DNA from: Halocafeteria seosinensis
Taxonomy: Eukaryota
Assembly (NCBI GenBank): GCA_001687465.1
Contig: LVLI01000939.1
Span: forward strand, 1-64,000
Direction: 5' to 3'
Length of the DNA stretch: 64,000 nt
In this document: in pieces, positions 1-11,880 of the stretch
Numbering within the stretch: position 1 is the stretch's first letter
Layout: every line of letters begins with the position of its first letter
The notes under the pieces: model-generated
The model's input: the letters and a program-made list of their open reading frames with translations, nothing else
Database searches by the model: none
Told to the model about the DNA's origin: nothing
Program-made: the position numbers and the translations under genes

Positions 1-1167
1 CTTTATCGGCATCCTTCTCGTTTAGCAACTCTTGTAGCCATTTGTCCCTGTAGTATTCCAGTGAAAAACCAGGGGGATTACCAGCCCTCCGGTAGCAGGC
101 GTATATCATCAACAGGACCGTCAAACTTTTGCCTTCCAGAACAAAGGCATAATGAAAACCATCTGATGAAAAATAGTCTGAGACGTCTTCCGTTCGTATT
201 GCATGGGGAAACGCATTTGGGAAAAGTTGCTTCACTGTCGTTCTAGCATGACTCTGGTTCTCGGCATCGGTTCGCCTCGGAGGAATACAGAGGTTTCCGA
301 GCCTATTTACAAGAGCATTGTCACCGAAGGTTTCAACATCCCCCACATATAACATCATGACGGAACGTGTAAATGCACAATTGCTTATTGTCGTCATGGT
401 TTACCCTCGGAGTGATTTCTCAGCCGCCAACTTTTGCTGAAGAGCAAGCTACACGAATTGACTTATACGTGCAAGAGGAAACTAACAACGATATCCTCCC
501 AATCCTATTAAGCAATGAACTGCTAGCTAGCCATGCGGAGGTCCCATGGGATGTGACGGAAACGGATACTGAAGTTCGGGTCTGCGTCAATGCTTTGAAG
601 TCACTCGTTTATGCTGCCTCTCTCCTAGTGGAACACACACACAAATGTGACAGCGGGCCTGTAGCTGCCAGACACAGGCGCCAGCTGCTACCTAAGTGTA
701 GCGGCTAACATCCAGCTGCCGGTGGGCCATCAGTCACATCTTCGTCGTCGACTGTTGCTACATGGCCAGTGTGTGTGTACGGCAGAAGCAAAATATAGAC
801 GTAGAATTTTTATCCACTTTTCCTATGATTTTGGCCGTGCTATGTATTTGCTATAGGAAACATTGCTGCCAATGTGGTACACGCTTCAAATCAAAAAAAA
901 TTAAACAATGTAACCCGCTGTTATAGGCGGGTAATGTTCTTGTAAATTTTTTGTGAAACTTCATCTCAACTATTCCAACTTCCGTTAGTAAGATATGCCT
1001 TTAACAAGCTCAAAATGTAACAATTCTTCGCAACTGTCTTTCTGTATAGTAGCAGCGCACTTTCCAAGGATTCAGCTTAGAAACTACGGATAATGAGTTC
1101 AGAATCAGCAATACCCACCGTAATTATACAGGAAATCTGTGAACACCCGGTGGGCTATTTGTCACAT

Positions 1168-1193
1168 ATGTGTGTGTGTGTGTGTGTGTGTGT
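1168..1193. repeat. (TG)n microsatellite
   Basis: Uninterrupted tgtgtg run of about 13 units; it explains the CVCVCV/HTHTHT stretches in the overlapping ORFs. Confidence 0.95.
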
Positions 1194-1593
1194 ACACCAG
1201 CCACCTGGGCCACGTCGAATCTTCTGTTGGACAACAATCGACATCTGTATTGGGGAGACTTCAGCCGCCGCTGATTTACTTACGGTTTCCATACATCCAC
1301 TCTGGTCAGAAGCGCAAGAACAGGTGTGCTGTGGTCTGTTTGCTCCCCCATGGCAACCAAGAGTATGTCGTGTCCACGTTTGGTTTTTGGAAAATATGAA
1401 ATTAGAGCGCCGAATTGGCCAGACATCGACGCTCGTGTTCCCTCGGACAAAACTCTTTCCGACATCTTTCAGGCATGGCACGTTTCGTTGCTAACTCTCG
1501 ACCACGGAAGCTCAACTTCTGACGTGCATCAACGGGGTCTATCCTTCGAACTTTACTGATGATAGAACTGTTCATGGCAAGGTAGAAAGACAA

Positions 1594-2268
1594 GTGGTTG
1601 CTGAGTCGTTGAGGTTTTATGACAACACCGATGGCCACTTTGTTCTGCTCCTGGGCCAGGACACATCAGCAGACCAATTCCTGCACGACTGCGAAGCAAT
1701 TGACAAGCGCCTCCGAGAAACGCTGCTACCTTCAGGACAAAGGGCAGCTGCCCCCCGTCTGCCAAAAGATGGTGATGAACTGAAGTATAGCTTAGAATGT
1801 AAAGGGTTTCCCGAGCGTAAGAGCTGGTTGAGTACGAATTTCGAACACTTTACCCGTGCGGTTCCGGGTAAAAATGGCGATCGCCAAAATTGGATCTCAT
1901 TCCACACCTGGTATGACAACATACGGGAACGACCGATAGATAATATCATTACGAGTCCAACTATGTCATTGTATGTTTCATTACTCGTCTTCCTCGTGAT
2001 TGACGACTGGGCCAAGTACGGGCTTCAATCAATGCCTAAGTTTCATGGCCCTTACGTGGTCAATATCGAAGGCTCCCAGTCAATTTCAAGACTCCAGTGC
2101 CGCTTCAGCATACTAAGTGATCTCTTTTCTATCGATAACAAAAAGAATAGAGGCTTAACTCCTTTTAGAAGCCAAGTAATAAGCTGTTGCAAATGGCGTG
2201 TTTTCAGCGCGTCAGAGGTAAATTTCCCGCTTTGCCGTGGGCGAACACGCCCGCTTACGAAACTTTAG
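1594..2268 (+). CDS. Hypothetical protein, 5' end uncertain
   Basis: 224-aa ORF with globular-looking composition; the frame is open from 1495. No confident family. Weak resemblance to OB-fold ssDNA-binding proteins (see findings). Confidence 0.4.
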   Translation: MVAESLRFYDNTDGHFVLLLGQDTSADQFLHDCEAIDKRLRETLLPSGQRAAAPRLPKDGDELKYSLECKGFPERKSWLSTNFEHFTRAVPGKNGDRQNWISFHTWYDNIRERPIDNIITSPTMSLYVSLLVFLVIDDWAKYGLQSMPKFHGPYVVNIEGSQSISRLQCRFSILSDLFSIDNKKNRGLTPFRSQVISCCKWRVFSASEVNFPLCRGRTRPLTKL

Positions 2269-2994
2269 TGGTCACTTAGCACTTGGCACATGCTCAATAC
2301 TTATTTCCATATCCATCCAGTGAGTTTTTTACGCTCTCCGGGCGTTTTTCTGTAACTAAGCAAAATCATCTGCCCAAATTCGCCCTGGAAATGCCTCGTT
2401 GTGCCCTTCCAAAAGCGTGTTTTTTTTGCCTGAGGAACGCGTTACTTCGCGGATCTCCCGCGTTATAGAGCTCAACATTCCCGCATAATATCCAACCAAG
2501 AAGGTACTTTCTGGTAAGACAGGACATCAAAGTAAGTATTAATCGTTGTAATGGGATTCTAAGAGCCTCACACAGTCTCTAATTCGTCTCAGTTTGCAGC
2601 GGAGTATTTCGCGGGATCAGAGCTACGCTGTGGACGTTTCCAGGTACGATCTGGCCACCAGTGCGGTATACGATACAGTTTACCGCTAATACGTACCCAA
2701 ATGGTACCACAATTCGCTCTGTAGGGGGTTGTGTATGCCAGATTTGCAACTGTTAGACATCCAACGAGATAGAGATGGTGAATGGTGTAGGACCATGCGA
2801 AGGATGCTGTGAAGCCCAGGAATAAGCTGAATCAGCTGATTGCCATGATCCTCCGGGAGGCTACAGGAGGCAGTTAGATTGAACTATCCCACTAGGATTG
2901 GTACCGAATGCGAACCACATTGAGTGACTAGACCATAAAGATTCTTTGCGTGGGAAAAGCCTACATTTACTTACTACCAAAGTCGACGCCAGGC

Positions 2995-5294
2995 ATGTCT
3001 GCAGTGACAGCAAACCATGAACCTCGCCATGCCGAGGAAGAGGTGGTCGTGGATATGAACGTTGAAAGTGCCAACGCTGTGGGCAACCAGGCATTCCAGA
3101 AAGAAAGCAGCGACGAAGACAAGGAATTCGGGAAGCAGCGCAACGAGGCACCGTCGGCCAGCGACGCAATAGCTACTGTGCCACCCGCGGCGTTAGAATG
3201 GAAGAGTGTATCATTTTCTGTTCCTCGAAAGACTAACAACCCGTCGGAAGGAAATGAGCCCGAACCATTACGAATCCTGAACAATGTATCTGGAATGGCT
3301 CGTCCGGGCGAACTCGTAGCGATCCTTGGATCCAGGTAAGTTCATGTACTCGCTTCTTGCCGAAAGCCTTGCTCTGAACTCCTCTGTACCTCTGTCCCGC
3401 AGCGGTGCTGGGAAAACGACGATGCTCAATGTAGTCAGTGGAAGAGTGCGTCCTACAGAGGGGGAACTGCTTGTGAATGGAACTCCTGTTTCGCAAAATT
3501 TTAACAACATTGCGGCATATGTACAACAAGAAGATCTGTTTTTGTCTTCTCTGACAGTCAAAGAGCATCTGTCTTATCAAGCTTCACTCCGTTTGGGTCG
3601 TTCCGTTTCGGAGAAAGAGAAATTAGATCGTGTCGACTCGCTGATTTCCGCTTTGGGACTGAAGAAATGCCAACACTCGCTCATAGGCTCCCCAACGGAA
3701 AAACGGTAAGTCAATGATAAGCGGCAAACATTGTTCCAGAATAGCACTTACGTTCATCTGGACCCTGAAAACAGCGGAATATCTGGAGGTGAAAGAAAGC
3801 GATTGGCTTTGGCTTCGGAAATTATTACTAACCCATCCATTTTGTTTGCTGACGAACCTACTAGCGGCCTCGATTCTCACATGGCAGAAAGTGTTGTTGG
3901 TATACTCCAAAAGCTGGCACGTTCCGGCCGAACAGTCATTGCAACGATCCATCAACCTTCCTCGGCGGTCTACCATTTGTTTGACAAATTGGTCTTAATG
4001 CGTGAAGGCGAAATCGTATTCTTCGGCCCCAAAGACGACGCCGTAAACTATTTTGCACAAATTGATAAGAGCCTTGAGTGTCCCACATACACGAATCCTG
4101 CTGACTTTTTCATTCGCACTTTGGCAACGGATTCGTCTGCAGATCCTCAATACAACGTTGTTTCTCATCTAGGGGAGATATGGCGGAAGAGTGACACGAA
4201 TGAAGCATTGATGAATTCTCAAAGGCATGCAGCGCTACCTAAAGATGCTCTTGTAGTTAGCCAGGAGGATGACGTGCACAACGTAAGAAAATATGCCGTT
4301 GGAAGAGTGGAGCAGACAAAACTCCTGTTGTCCCGGAGTTTTAAGGACAGTTCAAGAAACCCAGTGTTGACCTATGCCCGCTTGTTTCAGACAATTATCC
4401 TCGGCTTGCTCTCAGGAGCAATATTCTTTCGCCTCGGATATGACCAAGAAAGTATCCGGGGTAGAAATGGAGCTACATTTTTTATAATGATTAACCAAGC
4501 GATGCTGGGGCTCTTTGGCGTCCTTCAGACATTCCCCCTGGAAAAGCCAATCTTTCTGCGAGAACATTCAGCTAGCTCGTATTCTGTTCTGAGCTACTAC
4601 ATAGCCAAGATGGTGGCAGATGTCCCTTTTCAAGTCGCCTTCCCCTTTTTATTCTCATGCATCACGTTCTGGATGATGGAGCTTGGAAATGAGTTTGCCA
4701 CATTTGCCGCCTTTACGGGAATCGTGGTGCTGACTACCAATGCCGCCATGTCTTTGGGATATCTCATTTCGGCATCGGTCCCAAACGTTAGTGTAGGTCT
4801 CGCAGTAGGTCCTGTGGTCATGCTACCGTTGCTATTAACCGGTAAGTGTGTATTCTGGTTTCCATGTGTAGGGAAGAACGCGTGTACACCATTTTCGCTT
4901 TATCGGTATGCGCAGGGGGTTTCTTTACTACCGCCGCAGCTATTCCTGATTGGTTAATATGGATTGAAGCCGGTATGTTCCTGCCGTTAGCTGAGTGATT
5001 CCTTAGAGCAATGCCTTAAAACAACGTGTTATTTCTTTCCATACTTCAGTGAGCTTTTTCAAGTATGGCTATGAAGCAGCTGGAAGCCTACTGTGGGACG
5101 GCGTTTCGCTCAGCTGCGAGGAAAATAGACCTCAGTGCTTATCTACCGGGGAAGATGTTCTCGAACAGTCATTTGAAGAAATCGGAATGGCGACTAATGT
5201 TGTGGTTCTGATTTCCATGATAATAGGCTTCCGACTCTTGACGTATTTGGCTTTGAGGCACCTGGCCTACAAGAACACTAATCGCTCCTCATAA
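2995..5294 (+). CDS. ABCG (White-like) half ABC transporter, 5 exons
   Basis: Walker A GS|SGAGKTT split by intron 3336-3402, signature ISGGERKR, Walker B LFADEPTSGLD, H-loop TIHQP, ABC2 membrane domain. Further GT-AG introns near 3706-3774, 4842-4915 and 4973-5049. Confidence 0.95.
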
Positions 5295-5328
5295 ACCAAA
5301 ACATCACAGCAATAATGCCCTCAAACAT

Positions 5329-7662
5329 TCATTCGGCACCTTGGTAGACTAGGTGACTTATAGCATTCAAAGAATCAGATATAGACAGGTCATAGCCTGT
5401 TGCCGAAGAGGTTAGGTGTCTTGCGGATTCGTATTCTAGTTTAACAGGGGGTATCACAGAGTAAGCCCGAGAACACTTCCACAAGAACTTGACTTCATCG
5501 ACTTTTGTTACGGCATCAACAACAACAGTTCCGACTAAACGACACAGTGGAAGCTCCTCAGCATTCGTATGCTCCACTGGTACCTCGTCCATGGCTTCGC
5601 AAGAAGAAACTATCCAAATTCTCGAAGGAGCTGGTATGGAATAACTCATTTCCACTTCTTCTCGCTTACCCTGGCATACTTGGGAAGCCAAAGGCTGTCT
5701 CACTATTGAAGCTCGCCGACATCTGCAAACCGAAGAATCCTTACTCTTCACGAAATCACATAGGACAGACAGCTCATTTCGAGAAATCAACGGGAGCTTC
5801 TCTCCTTGCTCAAATGCCGTACTGCGCAATGGATGTTTCGGTACAGTCCAGAAGGCGGAGCTGGTTAGTGTGTTTGTCGATTCTCTAGATTCTTCATCCA
5901 TGGCATTTTCCTCAACCATAGAATGTTGCACTCTACCATGTTTTCTAGAGCTGGATTGTGTATGTTCTAAGCCCCGCAATGAGGCTACTTTTTTCTCGTG
6001 ACGCCTTTTCGCGTCCGCCTGTAACGCGGAGTAGATTTCAGCAGCTCTTCCAGCTAATGTAGAGTTAGCGTACGGACGGTCAGAGGAATTTGCTGCTCCT
6101 TGACTATCATTTTCTTCTTCTCCAGTATCTAACCTATTTTCGTAATCACGGAAGGTGGAGGAGGTCTTTCCCACGAGTCCTTTAACAGTTTGGCGACATG
6201 AATCTCCAGTGTTACCTTTTCCACGGGAAGCCTTTTCCTCTGATATACCAAAGCGAGAAGCATCATCCTTAACTTTGTTTTCCCTCGTTTGATCTCCAAT
6301 AGAAACATTGCCACCACTAATTTCCAAAGACATTTTATTCTGTCTCCTTTCGTGAAGATTCTGACGGCGCTGCTCCTCCTTGGCCTTTGCCGTCTCCTTC
6401 TCTTCTTCGGAGAGCCAGGCAGAGGTGCTATCCCTAAAGTAGTCAGCTTGATCATCATAAACGTGTGATCTCTCAGCCGATGTCTGATCATAATGGAGAA
6501 GCTGATTTTTTCGCCGAATAGCCTCATTGACGCCCTCATTATCATCATCATCAATTTGCTCGCGAAAGAGAAGCTTCCTCTCATGCTCAATTTCTTCATT
6601 ATACTGCCTCGTAAGCTGTGCCGCTCGTCCGCGTGCATTTGTTATTGCCTTTCGTGAAACACGCCATGGTAGTGTATTTCCGCAAAACGAGCAAAGTTGG
6701 GCAGCTTCCCTTTCGCAAATAAGCTTTCCACACTCAAGGCAGTTTCCCATCAAATTATGAATAGTTGCCATACAGGGACAATATTCACCCCGTGACTCTT
6801 CCAATGAAGTGTCATTTTCATTATGACCAACAGAGTTTCCCGCCACGTTCGCATTTTTGCCATATACTTTTCCACTCGTGGAGAATCGCACCGTCTTGCG
6901 TTGTGGTTTTAGCTCCACCACAGGGATGTTGCTGTCCAGGTTACCCCACCGAACTTTCTCTTTAGGAACTGCCTCCTCGGTCTGATAAGACGACCTCTGA
7001 CTCATCATGCTGTTTGTAGCATGTTGCTGATTTTCCTTCTGAGTTGACTGTGTGCCGTATCGTTCACGAAGCGATTTTGGTACGTGCTCTGGCACATTCA
7101 CTTTCTGTGCCCCTTCCGGAACAGCGGTATTGAACGCGGAATTGCTTTGTATAGCTCTTGTATTTTCTAGATCCTTCTCCAACTCAAGATCAAGTTTTTG
7201 CATATACTCCGCTGTTTCATCTTCTGTATCATTATCGCGTCGACGCGTGTAGGTGTTGTTGGCCGAAGTTTGCTTCGCCGACGAAGAAGGCGACATGTAG
7301 ACCGGTTTCTTCGGTTTAACTCCCTGTTCCAAGGAGCTCAGGTCACTCGCCTCCTTTCCAGAATCCGCCCTGCTAGAGTTCTGCGCCGAGTTCTGACTGT
7401 GCAATGGACTTTGGTTTGACAAAGCCGCTGGAGCCCCAATTCCTGCCTGAGCTGAAGAGGAAGTCTTTCCCTTTTCACTCTCCCATTTCTGTATGAATTC
7501 ATTCCACGTTTGCTGTGTGAGTTCGCCATCCCCTAGGAAGCTAAAAAACGCAGTCTCAAGTTCATGTTTGTCTTGAATAGTGAGCAAATACTGCGCAAAT
7601 TCCGGGGTGTCAAACCCCATCAGCATGGAGATTTGATGTTCTAGCCAGGATTGTAGAGACAT
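5329..7662 (-). CDS. TRIP4: Activating signal cointegrator 1 (ASC-1/TRIP4/Rqt4) homologue
   Basis: C2HC5 zinc finger CPCMATIHNLMGNCLECGKLICE...CSFCG, conserved LLHYDQTSAERSHVYDDQADYF segment, degenerate C-terminal ASCH domain. Single 777-aa ORF. Confidence 0.9.
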   Translation of the reverse strand: MSLQSWLEHQISMLMGFDTPEFAQYLLTIQDKHELETAFFSFLGDGELTQQTWNEFIQKWESEKGKTSSSAQAGIGAPAALSNQSPLHSQNSAQNSSRADSGKEASDLSSLEQGVKPKKPVYMSPSSSAKQTSANNTYTRRRDNDTEDETAEYMQKLDLELEKDLENTRAIQSNSAFNTAVPEGAQKVNVPEHVPKSLRERYGTQSTQKENQQHATNSMMSQRSSYQTEEAVPKEKVRWGNLDSNIPVVELKPQRKTVRFSTSGKVYGKNANVAGNSVGHNENDTSLEESRGEYCPCMATIHNLMGNCLECGKLICEREAAQLCSFCGNTLPWRVSRKAITNARGRAAQLTRQYNEEIEHERKLLFREQIDDDDNEGVNEAIRRKNQLLHYDQTSAERSHVYDDQADYFRDSTSAWLSEEEKETAKAKEEQRRQNLHERRQNKMSLEISGGNVSIGDQTRENKVKDDASRFGISEEKASRGKGNTGDSCRQTVKGLVGKTSSTFRDYENRLDTGEEENDSQGAANSSDRPYANSTLAGRAAEIYSALQADAKRRHEKKVASLRGLEHTQSSSRKHGRVQHSMVEENAMDEESRESTNTLTSSAFWTVPKHPLRSTAFEQGEKLPLISRNELSVLCDFVKSKDSSVCRCRRASIVRQPLASQVCQGKREEVEMSYSIPAPSRIWIVSSCEAMDEVPVEHTNAEELPLCRLVGTVVVDAVTKVDEVKFLWKCSRAYSVIPPVKLEYESARHLTSSATGYDLSISDSLNAISHLVYQGAE

Positions 7663-7702
7663 TATAGTATAAATAGCGATGGAGACTATTACTATCAGAT
7701 AA

Positions 7703-8555
7703 ATGAATATTCTCTATTATTGTCATCCTCGAACTATACTGTATAAAACAACCCAATTGAAACGATATCGACGCCTTGTTCTGGGGACTCTGCTGCTCTT
7801 CATTGCACTCTTTCTAATACGATCCATTATATGGACGATAAGGGCTCCAATACCATCCTCTTCGGGCGTCTTTGCTTCCGTATTTCGTAGGACATGGAAT
7901 CTGCAAACAGTGCAGGAAACTCTGCGGAAGGCTCTGGAGGAAGCAGATGACATTTATCGAGGTATATGTACGCATACAGAGCTAGCTGACCCGGATACAG
8001 TGACAGATAGTCGAGGTAAGACGTTCACAGAGCTGGTGGTACCATTCTGGGATCGTATGTCCACATGCCGCGGCTGTTGCAGGAAAGATATGCTCGGTTT
8101 CGAACTTGAATTCCTTCACGGGATGCTGCCGTCCTATAGATGAGGAGACGGAACCACACAGACAGGAAGCGTGTAATTCAACCGCAGGTTGTTGTACGCA
8201 GTACGCCTTGTGTGTCCACAGATGCATGGAACCGCAGACGTTTGTCCAACTGGTTGCTGGTCATCAGTCTCAGACGCACAACATCGGCATCCCACGACAG
8301 CGTACTCGTCAATTGGAAGCAGAGCTTCTTGAGTATATGCAAAATCGACCAACATCACCAATTGTCGCAGGCATAAGGAATAATCCGAATAGCACTCGCA
8401 CAATGCGTGAAATGAAGAAAGCTGACTGGAAAGTATCACAGATGCTGTTTCGAGTATGTGCTGCTCGTTGCATGTATACACCGCGGGTTACTGTCAACGA
8501 GCGTGCGTTTGCCACGTCCTACATCTTTTGTTATTCTAACGAAGAAGAAAGCTGA
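7703..8555 (+). CDS. SPRING1: SREBP-regulating gene protein (SPRING/C12orf49-like) type II membrane protein, 2 exons
   Basis: N-terminal TM. Intron 8016-8082 (gtaag...ttgcag) joins VTDSRG|KICS...TGCC...C...GCCTQYALCVHRCMEP...CAARC...VNERAF.....FCY, the C12orf49 cysteine pattern. Confidence 0.75.
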
Positions 8556-8613
8556 GATTTGCTTCCTTGCTTTATGCGGGTATCCTTCAGAGGGGGTTGA
8601 TGTGTGACCAATA

Positions 8614-10799
8614 CTATGCTTTGGATGAGAACTTCTCCTCACGCATCTTCCATGCCAGCGTCTTAGATTTTTCAACCAGTTCGTTGTCATCCCCGAATAC
8701 AAGTTTCAGTGTATTGTAGGATCTAACGGCACTCTCGAGACACTCACTCAACCAGTCACCTTTTGATAAAAGAGAACCTTGTAGTGAGGGAAAATATGAC
8801 GTTTCCAAACTCTTAGCATTGCTGGCCCCTTGCTTCTTGTATACAGAGTACGCAGCTATAGAATGTGCCGCACCCAACCAAGCAACGCGCAAAATCTCTC
8901 GAGGATTAATGGTTGTTAGCATTTTAATGGCCTTTCTTGTTGCTTCCTCACAAATCTCAGATTTCTGAAGCCTTAAGGACGTAGAAATAGCCGCCAGTAA
9001 GAGATCCAAGTTGAGATAGTGCAGCGGATGTAGTTGGAGGCCCATGGAGGAGTTACTCAAGTCCAAGATGGCATTTAGAGAAGCTTCAGGGTTACTTGAC
9101 GCCATGGATGAAGCCATCACAAGTTGTTGCGAAAAACAAGATTCCAACTCTTCGCCTCGTGAACATTCACAGGTTGCAGAGCACACCAGGCATTGGTAGC
9201 TCTCAGGGGAAGACGTACCTGCTCGTTCTTGTTTCAATGTTTGTGGGGAAGATATGATCCGTAGACAGGTGCATTCCTCATTTGGATTTCGCTGCGCTAG
9301 GTGCTCCTTGATCTGAACCATAGGGCCAATACATTCTTTGTTAGTGCATTTGATGGCACGGGTCAAAGGAGTTGGACATCCAGGGGGTTTGCAGAGGACG
9401 CAGTGACACGTGAATTTGTAGCCTGTTTCAAGCAGTTTTCTCCGCTCTTCGGGAGACGAATACGTGTTGATATAGGCGTATGATACTTCTTCATTAGGCT
9501 TAATGTTGGTAATCGCACGAGCAATCACTCGACGATGAAACCCATCGGCGTACACAACGGCGTTAGGGTAGCATGAATGATTAATATAGGCCGCAGCGGG
9601 AAACACTCCGATGCCGAACTTTCTCTGGTAGTTATCCAGGAGTGGATGAGCGTTGTACCGAATTCGAAGAAACATGTTCTTGATAGATTCTGTACCAGTG
9701 TTACAGCATTGACGCCCACGTTAGCGTGTTGGCATCAAAAGACGGATACGTACCAAGGGAAAACAAGGTTGGGGGACTTCTAAAGTTACTTTCAGCTGTC
9801 TTCTGCAAAGAATCTTGAACCAACTTTGCTGTCCTATCCAGAAACGGTTCACCTTTTGTGTGGGAATGAAAGATCTGCAGGGAAGTTCGGTGGTTGTACA
9901 AGTTTGCGCAAGAAGAGCCAGGACAGCAGCTTACGAGATCGGTCATATCATCGAATCTCCATTTATAGTACACTCCACGTGATATTGTTTTATCCATACC
10001 AAGCTCAGCAGGGAACTTACGCTCACACAGCGCACGGCAGAATATTAAGAGAACCAGGAATCCCGTTTCCTCGTCCACAATTTCTGGGGAATTCGGTTTT
10101 CCTAGAAGGGTTCTTCCCAATCCTTCACCAAATGTGCTTTGCGAGAGATAATTCATGTTTTGGTCCATCATGTCACTGGAAATTTCGTCTTCTGAATCAT
10201 ATTCGAAAGCTGTCGTATCACCGCAGAAGTGTTGAATGGCTTCGCATTCTACTGAATGAGTTATCGAAGCAGCTTTGGCACACTCCACGTCACAGAAGAC
10301 CACCAGTTTGCAGTCTTTGCACCGACGACTCTCGTTTTCAGGACAGATGTTGCAACAGTGGTGGCATCGACAATGGCGTTCGGATTTCGTCAGGGCCACT
10401 GACCCAAACAACGAAGAAACAAAACCTTTGGTGATGTGATGGTTTCGAATCCTCCGGAAGTCTTTACTTACTGGAATAGGCTTCCGCTGCCAACAGGAGC
10501 TGCCCGGGAGCCGTTGACGTTTTTGCTTTTACCAACCTTCCCTTGTCGGGAGAGTAGCCTAATTGCACGGGAACAGCTTCATCCTGCCAAAATACGCTAC
10601 TGGGAGCAGGTCCTCTTGGCGAGTCCGTCGATGCATTTTGGTTGGACAAAGATCCACAATTGGGTTTATGTTGCTTCCAATCTTTCCGTTGGCATTCTCG
10701 ACCACAGTAGGCTGCCTTCTTGCACCGCGTACAACGAAATAGACTGTCTTTATACTCTCCACAGTAATTACATGGTGCTCTTCCCGAGACCGAAGCCAT
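8614..10799 (-). CDS. SET and MYND domain (SMYD-family) lysine methyltransferase, 3 exons
   Basis: Two MYND fingers, split SET domain (KGR...APGQLLLAAEAY; FLRIRYNA; INHSCYPNA; EEVSYAYI), post-SET FTCHCVLC. Introns near 10401-10471 and 9690-9753. Confidence 0.9.
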
Positions 10800-11880
10800 C
10801 GTTTCCCCTTCTCGAAGCCTTCAAATACCGGCGCACTCTGCACTACTAAAAAGTTCACACTCGATACAATCTAAATCATGACGATCATACACACATGCCC
10901 ATCGGTGGACACATACAAGGGCATACACCATTACATTACCTCGACAGCCATGTGAAGCTCGTGTCGCTTTTGTGAAGTTGATAGGTGTGGCACTGGCACT
11001 GGCAGAGGGGACATTTGCGTTCTTTCTCCCCGTGTTGATTGGATACGCCCATTCGCACGGAGAGAGGGGGCTCCAATACGGTGGTCCACATATACACCGA
11101 AACCAGTATGGTTTCTATGGTGACTTTATAGTAGTTGTTCAGGTGGAAAAGGAGGACAGAAAGGGTCTGAAACAGGCTAGTGACACCCCACTTTAAAGGT
11201 ATGTACGAATACAAGCGCTATAGCAGGTCTCTTGTTCGGTCGGACGTTGTCTGTGGCAAAAGAGCACGAGGAAGACATTGTTCCACGGCGACGGGCGGAC
11301 TTAGAGCCAGAATCGATGCCGATAACAGTCGTGGTATTTACCTTCAAAATCTGAGTGCTATGGCCTTCAAAACCTGTCACTGCTCGTGGTTGACTGAAGA
11401 TACTGTGGGGAGAAAAGACCAAGGATTGAATGACAAAATCTTATCTACATTGTCTGAACGAGATACGTGTAGACAAATTTGTGCGTGTCTGAGGTCACTT
11501 TTCCCAGTCCCCTGTATCTATGTCAATATTTCCTCTTGATGGAAAGGATTCAGTAGAGCTGTGATTATAACTCGATCCATGTCGCATAATAACCGTGTGC
11601 GATATCATCGTTAGCCTTTCCTTGGATGTATGAGCTCTACTTCGAAACACCCCTACTTGGGATTTTTGTCGTTTAGGTTTACCGTATTCTTGTCTTATGT
11701 GGTGGCGGTATTGGACAGACTTCATCCCCATTTGTTTGCTTTTCACTGCAGCTAGCCTTGCCGTGGACGCGCAAGCAATAACCCTTAATATGCATCTGTC
11801 CGAGTGAGTAGCCCTTCCCCACCAACTGGTCCATAATACACTCCTCATGGCAGCATTTATAAACAATTGGCATTGTACCA

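Noticed and set aside
1..1494. ORFs at the left edge (61-246, 373-708, 1093-1494)
   Set aside because: No recognisable domain; one runs through a microsatellite; they may be partial exons that cannot be resolved here.
7703..8555. Apparent frameshifts between overlapping ORFs (also 33754/33996 and 59600/60349)
   Set aside because: Each is explained by a canonical GT-AG intron that restores the frame; no recoding or pseudogene is needed.
10860..11880. Short ORFs between SMYD and the VOC-like gene
   Set aside because: No consistent exon chain or recognisable motif.
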